DNA of 17,014 nt from Oopsacas minuta (lineage: Eukaryota; Animalia; Porifera), in the NCBI GenBank assembly GCA_024704765.1, contig JAKMXF010000310.1, positions 848,565-865,578 on the forward strand, in the 5' to 3' direction. The notes under the pieces were generated by a model. The model was given only the letters and a program-made list of their open reading frames with translations. It searched no databases and had not been told where the DNA came from. Positions 8,228-17,014 of the stretch are shown piece by piece; the first letter of the stretch is position 1, and each line of letters starts with the position of its first letter. The position numbers and the translations under genes are program-made.

Positions 8228-10552
8228 TCAATTCTTTTCTTCAACGTTATTGGCCAGAGTGTCAGAGTTAACAAATACAGCAGATTTCTTTTTCTTTGGC
8301 AACTTCTCTTCGCGTTCAACCTTCAATAGTTCAATATCATCTTGTAATGCTTGTATCCTCCTACGCAGGAGCACAGAGTCTTCAGGGAACTGGTCACATG
8401 TTTGAGGATTGAATAGAGTCTTCCCATGAGGATCTCTATACATGTAGTAAATAATAGGAAGACCGATTATAGTAGTATTACTTATGGCAGCTAGGATACA
8501 GAAAGCTGATGCCAAACCAATTTTAGAGTCGAGGTTAGAAACGTATCCGATAATGAAGATAATGAAAAGAGAGAAGAACAACGTGCTATAGACAACTAAA
8601 CTAATAACAAACGTGTAACGTTGAGATTTGTTAGTTACTTTCCTTAGGTGATAAGCTAGGAAGATGGAAATGAATATAACGAGTACTTTGAAGCTGATTA
8701 ACACTCCAAGTGGTATATTCACATTGAATTGACAGAATGCAATGCGATAGAAAGGAGGATCCTTCTGGTTTGAGCGAACAATCTGAGTTAAGTACCCGAT
8801 GGGACTAAAACCAGCCCAAAACGATATGACTAGTGTATCTATCAGAACAAGAGATATCGGTATCAAGACGAGATAGCGGAAACGTAGAAATCGTTGGTAA
8901 TTCTTTTGGAATTTGTTCAGAACCCAAAAGGAATACAGTTTTAATGATTTAGCAAGAACTCCTCCCAGAATTAAACTAGTAGAAATGGAACCCAACCATA
9001 TCAAGAGATGACAGTAGAAAGTGCATGCAGTAACATTTTCCTTGATTGGAAAGAACTTCCCATCAATGGTGAGAAGAACTGCTAAAACAAGCCATAAAGT
9101 GCTGGAAGTGAGAATGAAAATGCTCATGGCAGGCTCCGATTTGATAGCAGGAGGATAATGTTTGTATAAACCAAACGAAATGATTGATGTAAGAATAGCA
9201 ATGTAAACTAATCCCAGTGCTGATGATATTACTATGATATAGAAGATATAATAACTTGAATTACGTTCCTCCACACCATCTGTTCGTGTTTCATCCCAAT
9301 ACTTGAAGCTGATGTTATTTGTATGAGTTATACCAGACAAGTTACCGATCTGTGCTATGTCATAAGGTAGGTTAGAGTAGAGACCACGGAATTCACTACT
9401 ACCATTTGGTGTAAACTCAACTAGTTGTGCATATTGGGAAACACGTAATTTGTGCTTATAAAACACATGACCAGTAATACTGTTAAACGATTGTTTGAGA
9501 ACGTTTTCATACAAATAATTGGTAAAATTGTTGTTATCAGGCAAAATTCCAGATTCTATTGTATCATTCATCGCAAATGCAAGTGCCCACATTGAATCAT
9601 ACATGTAGAGGCTTAAAAGTGTTAAGAGGGGGATTTCAGTATTATTTTCGAAATAGTGATCAAAGACTGATGAATTATCACCATTAATTGTAGAAAGATT
9701 CATACTCGAGATATCACCGGGCCTGGGATACCAAAGGAAACCAATTGCTCCTGTAACTTCCTTGATACTACATTTGTCTGGATAATCATACAAATTTAGC
9801 TTTAGAAAACCTGGTAGCAATAAACTATACTTATCAAGGTCAATACCCATAGCATGCATCCTACACAAGATATCCCCAACATTTTTCTCGAACATGTTAA
9901 ACACTACTACACGATAACCATCTGAATCAATTGTTTCTATTATTGCGTTTATCTGTGTTTCATATTCAGAGCCTGTGATGGTAGGTGAAACAGTATGCAC
10001 ACTATTGGTTATGTTTAACTTGTATAATCCTCTTTGAAGCTCGTATCCTAACACACTTAAGAATGAAGTCCCAGAGTTAATGGTAGCTACACGTTTCCAA
10101 TTATGATCTGATATGAATTTTAACTGAGCACTAACGATATTTATACCAGGTGCGAACCCATTAACAATGTATCTATACGAGTCATTATCAGGAATAAATG
10201 CACTATGGGTGAACATAAGGGTATTGAAAACTGAACTAACTTCAGCAATGGCGATAGCTGAAGCAATACATGGGATCCCGAACACAATGACAAAATCATT
10301 ATCCATCCAGTACCTGACAATGTGATGAATACTCGATTCTCCATTACACATAGAATCATTCCAATGGATCTTGATGTTATAATCAGGCAAAATATCTTCC
10401 CTAGCATTAATTTCACGTAAAGCGAATTCAGTCAACTTACATGTGCTAGTTGCACATCCACTTGGGAAGAGACCTAAAACATTTATATCTGTCTTACACT
10501 CAGTAAGCGTTAGTATACAAGAGAAAAGAAGAAATGCAACCTGCAGTTTCAT
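8228..10552 (-). CDS. GABA-B-receptor-like class C GPCR paralog, 774 aa, single exon, convergent with the first
   Basis: Same architecture as the first receptor. The C-terminal region of about 390 aa (SEFRGLYSN to EEKN) is identical to it, while the ectodomain is clearly homologous but roughly half identical by eye. Confidence 0.93.
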   Translation of the reverse strand: MKLQVAFLLFSCILTLTECKTDINVLGLFPSGCATSTCKLTEFALREINAREDILPDYNIKIHWNDSMCNGESSIHHIVRYWMDNDFVIVFGIPCIASAIAIAEVSSVFNTLMFTHSAFIPDNDSYRYIVNGFAPGINIVSAQLKFISDHNWKRVATINSGTSFLSVLGYELQRGLYKLNITNSVHTVSPTITGSEYETQINAIIETIDSDGYRVVVFNMFEKNVGDILCRMHAMGIDLDKYSLLLPGFLKLNLYDYPDKCSIKEVTGAIGFLWYPRPGDISSMNLSTINGDNSSVFDHYFENNTEIPLLTLLSLYMYDSMWALAFAMNDTIESGILPDNNNFTNYLYENVLKQSFNSITGHVFYKHKLRVSQYAQLVEFTPNGSSEFRGLYSNLPYDIAQIGNLSGITHTNNISFKYWDETRTDGVEERNSSYYIFYIIVISSALGLVYIAILTSIISFGLYKHYPPAIKSEPAMSIFILTSSTLWLVLAVLLTIDGKFFPIKENVTACTFYCHLLIWLGSISTSLILGGVLAKSLKLYSFWVLNKFQKNYQRFLRFRYLVLIPISLVLIDTLVISFWAGFSPIGYLTQIVRSNQKDPPFYRIAFCQFNVNIPLGVLISFKVLVIFISIFLAYHLRKVTNKSQRYTFVISLVVYSTLFFSLFIIFIIGYVSNLDSKIGLASAFCILAAISNTTIIGLPIIYYMYRDPHGKTLFNPQTCDQFPEDSVLLRRRIQALQDDIELLKVEREEKLPKKKKSAVFVNSDTLANNVEEKN

Positions 10553-10855
10553 GACGATGTTAAAGTTAGTTAAATGAAAATCAATACATTTATAGTCTAT
10601 GATTAGATCAAAACTGATCGCATGATCCTTGTACTCAAACTAGTGCTAGGTGAATTTATGGTCAAATTCCGTGATTCAATTTAACAATATATCCTAATAT
10701 TACAAAGAAGTAATCAATTCATCATTATTAATTTATCCTCCTTTATCTCACTAATTCCTATCCAACGAATAGATCTCTAAAACACATTCTGTAAAAAAGA
10801 TATGATTCATAGAATTAGTATACTAGTTTTATCTCTAAAAAGGGGCTAGTATATG

Positions 10856-11397
10856 CAGTGGCGTACCAAGCACCTTTGGTACCCGGGGCGGAATCTTAAG
10901 TTGGCACCCCCTTTTCTATATTATATACAATATATAGCTAAGTATATTGTGCATATATGTGAGATGTTTATGTTCCAACATATGTTTTGAATGTTAACTA
11001 AATTATCTAAGGTAAAAACGCCATACCACAATTCTTAAGGATTTACAGTATCCTCCAAAATCAATAGAACAAGAATACGTATAAAGAATAAATCGCAAAA
11101 TAATAAAGTAATGTTAAACTGTACATTAGTTCAAATAATAAAGCTGATATATTTGGAATATATTTAGCAGTTTTAATAGTGTTTAAATTTTATAAAGCGT
11201 CTCGGTTTATATAATGTAGGTGTGATAAATGTATTTTGCTAGATAAACGTTTTCTAGTTTAGCGGATATGTATAGGAACGCAGTAACTACATCTTTGCTC
11301 TCAATAATATATAATATAATGTATCTCTCTCATTCAAGGTTGGCACCCCCCTTTGAGTGGCACCCGGGGCGAACCACCCCCCCTTGGTACGCCACTG
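10856..11397. mobile_element. Non-autonomous hAT-family MITE, 542 bp, with 15-bp perfect TIRs and an 8-bp TSD
   Basis: TIRs are CAGTGGCGTACCAAG (10856-10870) and CTTGGTACGCCACTG (11383-11397). The perfect 8-bp direct repeat AGTATATG flanks it (10848-10855 and 11398-11405). The subterminal motifs ACCCGGGGCG and GTTGGCACCCCC occur near both ends. Confidence 0.93.
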
Positions 11398-12521
11398 AGT
11401 ATATGAAACGTTATTGTCGTTAAATAGATCTACAAATCAAGCTGAAATCACTCCTCGGTTATTGAAGATCTGGATACAATTTTCAAAAATCGTTTCACAT
11501 CTTCCAAATAAACAAGCAATGTATGTATTCGCAGATAATTTTCATGAAGCTATTCCAAAAAACAAATGAAAATATTTAGAATATTGCTATGGTGAAATGA
11601 TCATGTCAGTGAATCAATAATAGGAACTCGCTAAGGCTGATCTTTCATGCAGGTATCTAAAATTTTGGCGCCGCATTATACGTCTAGATTAATCTTGAAA
11701 TAGGAGATTTTAACAGTGTTAAGTATTATATAATTTGGTCAACTATGCTGATATTTCTCATTAACAATTCGAGAACTTCTTGTTCATGCAGAATATTTTA
11801 TTGCAGAAATCAGCCTAAGAGAAGTTACGTCACCGAAAATGGTAGATTCAACGTAAAATACGTATTCATTAAAAGACGTATTAACAACTTAGGTACCGGA
11901 TACACACTATACATAGTATATCTTAATAGTGGATGTTCAATTTATGATACGACTTATGTAATAGTTAGAAATATTTTTCCACCAAATTTGTAATGATGCA
12001 GTTTTGCCTGGAATTAGGTATGTACTGAAGAATATAATATTGTATACGTACATTTACGTACACTCATACAGATACAATATTATTCTTCATTACATACTGT
12101 ATTCGCCTTAATTCAGGTGCCCTTCTAGGTTAAGTGCCCCTGGCTGGTGAAGGGAGTTTTCCCTGTCTTATTAAATGTAGCCCCCGACCCAATAATTATG
12201 AGCTTACAATTGAACTTTGTCAAGAATTTGAAGTTGAAGAGCGAAATAGTAGTTAGGATATCTAGTATAGGTCTCAGTAGCTACTAGTACTATGTACCGA
12301 TGTGACATTTGTATATTTATCTACTTATGTTACTCTGCCATGACTGTAGCTGAGAGGGCTCTAATCGTTAGGCGCCTTCTGGAGTCGGGTGGGCTTGACA
12401 TAAATCATTGATTTTGATTTAAATCAAAGTATAATTTGAGTTGTAACCCGTTAGACGTCTTTACAATGACCTATTAGTTCAAATGTCTTATAAACGAATA
12501 TTTAGTTAGTAATCCTACTAG

Positions 12522-12889
12522 ATGGAGAGCTACACTCACTCAGCCCTGAAGATAGTAGTAGCTCAGATGTGTCAGGTCCTGGGATGGCACGCTATGCAGC
12601 CTGTAACACTAGACATACTGGTAGACCTGCTACACAAGTACCTTATGAAACTAGGCTCTACAACTTGTGAGTATGCATTGTTAGCTAACAGAACAGAACC
12701 CAATCTAGACGATCTATTCTCTACTTTCCGACATATGAGAATTAATCTAGAGGAAATGAGAAGTTTCGTACAGCATGTAGAAATGCCCCGCTCTTTAGCT
12801 AACTTTCCTTTCAAACAGCAAGCTGTTTCAAAACTCAGATTTGACCACTGCATCAGTGGGGAGTCATATGTGAACAGTCCTAATGAAAG
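12522..12889 (+). CDS. TAF3: TAF3 (TFIID subunit 3) exon 1: bromodomain-associated histone-fold domain
   Basis: MESYTHSALKIVVAQMCQVLGW...LLHKYLMKLG...ANRTEPNLDDL closely follows the TAF3 N-terminus. A donor AG|GTTAGT lies at 12889/12890 (phase 2). Joining to exon 2 gives ERLQCIPSYMPP, which resembles the vertebrate TAF3 ERKEYIPDYLPP motif. Confidence 0.9.
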
Positions 12890-13162
12890 GTTAGTAGGTT
12901 ATAGTGCAGGGGCGGCAAGGAATCACTTTTCTCATTTAGACATTTAAAGGTTATCGAAATGATAACTGACTTTGCTGTCCAAAAATTGAAAAAACTGGAT
13001 TGACAATTGGGGCCTAAGGTGTGAAAATATGATCAACACGTTCACGACTAAGTGACACACTGGTGGGTCATAAACCAAATGAATTCAATCGATGATTTTT
13101 GGATTTATGCAATTCTATTAACAACATTCACACGAGCACATGACTTTCTCAAAAAGATATTA

Positions 13163-13251
13163 CAGTATACTCCGCGCTTAATAGAGCCACCGGTTAATCG
13201 GGTCAAAATGTCCTGGTCCCGATGTGACCCTATTAAGCGCGGAGTCTACTG
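13163..13251. mobile_element. 89-bp pogo/Tigger-like MITE in TAF3 intron 1
   Basis: TA|CAGTATACTCCGCGCTTAATAG ... CTATTAAGCGCGGAGTCTACTG|TA gives a 22-bp TIR with 1 mismatch and a TA TSD. Confidence 0.85.
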
Positions 13252-13698
13252 TATTTGCATAATTATTTCCTTTTGCACTCCAGTATTTTGTGAATTCCTA
13301 CTTTTTGTTCCTACCGCACCGAATTACTTCCTGGCGAGATGCTGAACCTTATCTCTAGTATAATTTTGAATTTTACATCGAAAGGATTGAAATTATGATA
13401 ATCGCAGATGAGGTGTGAGATATTAGTTTATAATTTCGATTTGCCATCTAACGTCTAATCAAGAGGTAAAACGAACATCATTATAAGATGACATGACATT
13501 ATTTAAAAGATTACTGACACAGCCCCATGTTCATAAGTTTAAGTTCGCCTAATAGATAACATACGGGTATTGCGACAGTATGAACATTGCACTATCCACG
13601 CCAGGACATCAGCTTATAAGAGCTATAATAGTAAATAAGGATTTGGTCTGTAATGTATCCCACTAACTCTAACACATTATTATATAATCTCTCTCTAG

Positions 13699-14239
13699 AT
13701 TACAATGTATTCCCAGTTACATGCCTCCTCTATCAGAGTCCAGCAAGGAGCAGAGAGAAGATGACGAGGAGAGTGGGTTCGGAGACCTACCAGAGCTACA
13801 GGTGGGAGAACATAGAGAGGACACAGTAGGTTCACACGCTGAGCCCCCTGCTCCCCGTCCCCTCCCCCCTATAAAATCAGAGAGTCCGAGACAAGAAGAT
13901 GACGTCACACATAAGTTAGAAACAGATCTGAGATTGTCTGAAGATGAAGCCCAAGAAACTGACAAACCAACAACTCCAAACCTCTCAGTAACTAACAGCA
14001 CTGCTCTACAACAAGATGATCTCTCATCTCTGTCCCATGTAGATACTGATCTGACCTTTGTACCTCTCTCATACTCTCCAACAGGTGATCTACACAACCT
14101 GTCAGATGTAGCAGAGGATTGGTCTAACCCTCTTGAAACTGTAGAGATATCAGCTAGTCAGGTGTTGAGTACTGAAGATGTAATCGAATCAGCTGATTCA
14201 ACTGATTCAACCTATGATGCTGATAATGAGAAGATGGAG
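13699..14239 (+). CDS. TAF3: TAF3 exon 2: IPSYMPP motif and acidic low-complexity region
   Basis: Acceptor is CTCTCTCTAG| at 13698 with phase compatible with exon 1, the frame is open, and the donor is GAG|GTAATT at 14239/14240 (phase 0). Confidence 0.85.
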
Positions 14240-14618
14240 GTAATTAATTAGTTGTATTTTATTAGTCAAATCCGTTTAATTGGATAATATCCAGTAAGAA
14301 ACCAGAGACAATGCATAGGGATAATATTAAATAGCGGTAACTTGAGTTATGCTTAATTCGGTGTAAACAGAGGAGTAATTAGGATAACTGTTCCCAAGCT
14401 GGAATTCATGACCCCTTGGTAGTCTAGGATGATAGTGGCAGGTCCACAATAAAAATGGGAAAAGGTACGGCATTGTTTCAGTAGAAGGATAGCATTGTCA
14501 TATTGTGTCATATTGTTATATAACTTATATTAGAAATTTTATTTTGGCATCTGTTGCAGCTAGCTATGCTTGGAATCAAAATGTCCCAATTCAGCGAAAT
14601 TGGATGTATACTCCAGTG

Positions 14619-15035
14619 TAGTGCAACCTCTATAAGTGGAGTCTCTATAAACGGGGAATGGGGGATACTTTAGAGATAATTATGCTTCACACCATTGAAA
14701 TTTACATCAATAAGTGGGAAAATCTACGATAAATTACTTAAATAATCAATTATTGTACTAAATTGGAAAACAAACATATTTATCGCTATGATTAATTGAA
14801 ATATTTGGGTTTCTCTGAAGAAATTTGATTTCAAATTTTTATATTCAACCAATAACCTTTGGGGATATTAAAATAATCAAATGTCATTGAATAAACAGTC
14901 GTTAGAGGAAGTGACTTTACATATTGACTAAAAAATCTGTTTATAGGACATTTTAGGTTGATATTATAACTGGGGAATGGGGGCTTATCAGGAGTTTCGC
15001 CGTCCAGACCTCCCCCACTTATAGAGGTTCTACCG
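14619..15035. mobile_element. Degenerate pogo-like MITE in TAF3 intron 2
   Basis: The left end TAGTGCAACCTCTATAAGTGG compares with the right end read in reverse complement, CGGTAGAACCTCTATAAGTGG, which is followed by TA (15036-15037). The direct repeat GGGGAATGGGGG occurs at 14653-14664 and 14972-14983. The left TSD is decayed. Confidence 0.6.
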
Positions 15036-15072
15036 TATTACTATTCCTCATTCATTATTATAATATTCACAG

Positions 15073-16302
15073 TTAATCTTACCCGATGCTATTCAAGATC
15101 CCTTACTACCCCTTAATTCTCCTCAACAGCCTAACTCTCCAGTACACACCCCTAAGACTCAGCCAATTGATACGCAAGATCACTATACACATAAACCTAC
15201 ATCTACTGTATCTATGAAAACTCCTGATCGTATACTGGAGGGAAGTAAGTGGATAGCACAGCTGAAAAGAGAGAATGAGCAGAGATTAGAGAGGATAGGA
15301 CACTCAGAGAAATGTTTGAATGAGCTTATTGGGAGAGAATGGGACTGTCCTATTTCTGATACAATCCACGAAGTTACAGCACCTGATATTAAATGTGAGA
15401 ATATGAAGGATAATTCTAGACTAGTTCTATACAGAGCTGGCATATCAACCTACCAACATCCCTCTAACGAGGTGCTTACACAACCACAAGCTAACCTCCC
15501 TGTTAAGAAGAGACACATACCAACACACGAGTCTCTACACAGCTCCTCCTCTTTAGATATAACTCCTGATGAAGTGACTCGTCCCCCTATTCGTCTCTCT
15601 CTCAATTTAAAGAAGAAAGAGGTAACCTCATCAACTCCAACCTCTCCTCTCCCTATATCTATTCCTCTATCTACTCTATCTGTACTCTCTCCTGCTGTTA
15701 ACGTGCTGCCTAAGATTAAGGTTAAAACTTCAAGCAAGCGTGCTATCTCCCACCCTCCTATCAAGAAAATAAAACCTACTATAGATACTGAATCAGAACA
15801 GCTGATAGTATCAATACCTCTCAGCTCTATCATCCTCCCCTCCTCCTCCATAACACTACCTGAGTATACTCCAGACCTTATAGAAGACACAGATACACTT
15901 ATCAGTATACCTCTCCAGAAGCTGGACAGGAAGCCGATACACCCCGGCCTCACGGTGGAGAGCTCCCTCACTTCAGAGGTATCGTCTATAGAGCGAGTAG
16001 ATATAGGTATAGGGGGACACAGGGAGTATCTCTGTCCTATGTGTAGAAATGGTTATGACGGTAGTCTAATGATATGTTGTGACGGTAACTGTACAGATAC
16101 TTGGTATCACGGGAAATGTGTAGGTATATTTGAGGCTCCTGGACCAAATCAGACGTGGTATTGTCCTCAATGCTCCAATCAGAATACACACACTTCTGAG
16201 CATAAAAAGCACAAAAAAGCTAAGAAACATAAGAAACACAGACACAGTCATTCAGAATCTGTTACTTCTGTGCAGACAACTTTAAGTGAAAATGATTTGT
16301 AG
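15073..16302 (+). CDS. TAF3: TAF3 exon 3: Pro/Ser/Thr-rich linker, PHD finger and basic His/Lys tail; stop TAG at 16300-16302
   Basis: Acceptor ATATTCACAG| at 15072 is in frame with the 15214 ORF (141 nt upstream). The C4HC3 PHD reads YLCPMC...LMICCDGNC..WYHGKCVG...WYCPQC. The spliced CDS is 2139 nt, giving 712 aa. A histone fold combined with a C-terminal PHD is diagnostic of metazoan TAF3. Confidence 0.9.
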   Translation, partial: LILPDAIQDPLLPLNSPQQPNSPVHTPKTQPIDTQDHYTHKPTSTVSMKTPDRILEGSKWIAQLKRENEQRLERIGHSEKCLNELIGREWDCPISDTIHEVTAPDIKCENMKDNSRLVLYRAGISTYQHPSNEVLTQPQANLPVKKRHIPTHESLHSSSSLDITPDEVTRPPIRLSLNLKKKEVTSSTPTSPLPISIPLSTLSVLSPAVNVLPKIKVKTSSKRAISHPPIKKIKPTIDTESEQLIVSIPLSSIILPSSSITLPEYTPDLIEDTDTLISIPLQKLDRKPIHPGLTVESSLTSEVSSIERVDIGIGGHREYLCPMCRNGYDGSLMICCDGNCTDTWYHGKCVGIFEAPGPNQTWYCPQCSNQNTHTSEHKKHKKAKKHKKHRHSHSESVTSVQTTLSENDL

Positions 16303-16461
16303 TGATTTAATTATATTATATTACGACGTATTAATTGTTTGTGTTGATATACGTTTGTCTGGCTTTATTTACTTTACTTAAATTCTAGCGATGTGGAGGG
16401 TCGATTGTAGCCTTGTAAGCTCCTGAGTTGAGATAGTTGTAACAAAAATCTGTTCCCAATT

Positions 16462-16641
16462 TAGAGGTTACAACCGAATAGTTTAATATTCGGTTCAACC
16501 GATTATTTAGCTAATTGTTGATATTCAGGATTCGCAATCGAAATCGAATATTATCAGTATTAGTATTAGTATTAGTATTAGATATGCATATATGGCAGTT
16601 ATTTACGAATACTGAAATCCGGTTCGACGGTTACACCCATG
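16462..16641. mobile_element. Possible decayed hAT-like MITE containing (AGTATT)4 at 16556-16579
   Basis: There is weak terminal similarity (TAGAGGTTACAACCG vs reverse complement CATGGGTGTAACCG), an internal inverted pair AACCGAATA/TATTCGGTT, and repeated CGAATA motifs. No TSD was found. Confidence 0.3.
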
Positions 16642-16682
16642 GCCATAATCAATATATGTACTATTTTCATATATTAGATTTT

Positions 16683-17014
16683 ATGTCTCAGTCGTCAGGT
16701 TTAGAACATTTCCATTCAAGATACGTATACCGTGTATTGAGACCTGACGAGGACCCAAAGTATGACATCCGGTGTTCTGCTCCTTTATCTCCCCGTACAT
16801 TAAGTCAGCATGTAGAAAACGGGTTGAAATATCCTTCTAGATTCATATCTACCTCCACTAACTTAACTGATGCACGTAAATGGATGGATAAAGCTAACAA
16901 GAAGAGTTCTATGAAATATTTAAACACAAGAAATGTAATCGTAAAAATAGACATAGGATTGTTAAAATCAAAATATCCTGATACTACTGAGAATGCGTTT
17001 AACTTGTCTACACC
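16683..17014 (+). CDS. Partial ORF (3' end beyond the window): putative ADP-ribosyltransferase-fold protein of the R-S-E toxin type
   Basis: My translation is MSQSSGLEHFHSRYVYRVLRPDEDPKYDIRCSAPLSPRTLSQHVENGLKYPSRFISTSTNLTDARKWMDKANKKSSMKYLNTRNVIVKIDIGLLKSKYPDTTENAFNLST, with no stop in 110 codons. It has the YVYR (beta-1 Arg) and FISTS (STS) motifs. The frame is open from 16515, with other ATGs at 16584 and 16656 and a possible acceptor AG at 16676-16677, so the start is uncertain. Confidence 0.7.
   Translation, partial: MSQSSGLEHFHSRYVYRVLRPDEDPKYDIRCSAPLSPRTLSQHVENGLKYPSRFISTSTNLTDARKWMDKANKKSSMKYLNTRNVIVKIDIGLLKSKYPDTTENAFNLST

Larger units (their letters stand above)
6196..9399. repeat. 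Long inverted repeat (palindrome): arms 6196-7768 and 7827-9399 (1573 bp each), 58-bp spacer 7769-7826
   Basis: Paired positions always sum to 15595 (stop codons 7367/8228, inner ends 7768/7827, outer ends 6196/9399), so there is no net indel. The translations are identical and no mismatch was found in spot checks of coding and non-coding parts. Confidence 0.97.

Noticed and set aside
6196-9399. Palindrome as a simple template-switch or amplification chimera
   Set aside because: The mirror ends in frame at the homologous codon of two distinct intact paralogs with different ectodomains, which a random chimera would not produce. Consensus homogenisation of near-identical arms is still possible and is listed as a test.
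10800-12000. Protein-like fragments, such as KGLVYETLLSLNRS...HEAIPKNK across the hAT insertion site and RELLVHAEYFIAEISL near 11770, and ORF 11745..11993
   Set aside because: There are frequent stops and no recognisable family. It might be an old pseudogene but cannot be supported from the sequence alone.
12413-12428. 16-bp palindrome TTTGATTTAAATCAAA upstream of TAF3
   Set aside because: Short AT-rich palindromes arise by chance or as MITE debris, and there is no evidence for a regulatory role.
12890-12947. ORF continuation giving a 141-aa histone-fold-only TAF3
   Set aside because: It lies after a strong phase-matched donor, and splicing restores a conserved TAF3 motif. An intron-retention isoform would need transcript evidence.
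13052-13345. 97-aa ORF in TAF3 intron 1
   Set aside because: It has a GTG start, runs through an 89-bp MITE and has no recognisable motif.
10141-16251. Alternative-frame and antisense ORFs (10141..10416, 12572..12853, 13717..14097, 15183..15443, 15450..15971, 16066..16251)
   Set aside because: They are shadows of real coding exons with low-complexity composition and no independent signatures.

Overview
AT-rich animal genomic DNA with spliceosomal introns; an early-branching invertebrate such as a sponge is plausible but cannot be proven from this window. (1) 601-4550 is a nested transposon graveyard: a fold-back element, a Tc1/mariner element spanning a 795-N gap, a frameshifted Chapaev3-like transposase remnant and a (TCTG)n microsatellite. 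(2) Two intronless, convergent GABA-B-type class C GPCR genes (5040..7367 + and 8228..10552 -) form an apparently perfect palindrome with 1573-bp arms and a 58-bp spacer. The two receptors share an identical stalk, 7TM, coiled-coil tail and 3' flank, but their Venus-flytrap ectodomains are only about half identical. (3) A hAT MITE with an 8-bp TSD follows. (4) A three-exon TAF3 gene, join(12522..12889,13699..14239,15073..16302), encodes 712 aa and has pogo-like MITEs in both introns. (5) An ORF missing from the supplied track runs off the right edge (16683..>17014) and carries the YR and ISTS motifs of toxin-type ADP-ribosyltransferases. No rRNA, tRNA or CRISPR array was recognised. All identities are by-eye comparisons, not computed alignments.
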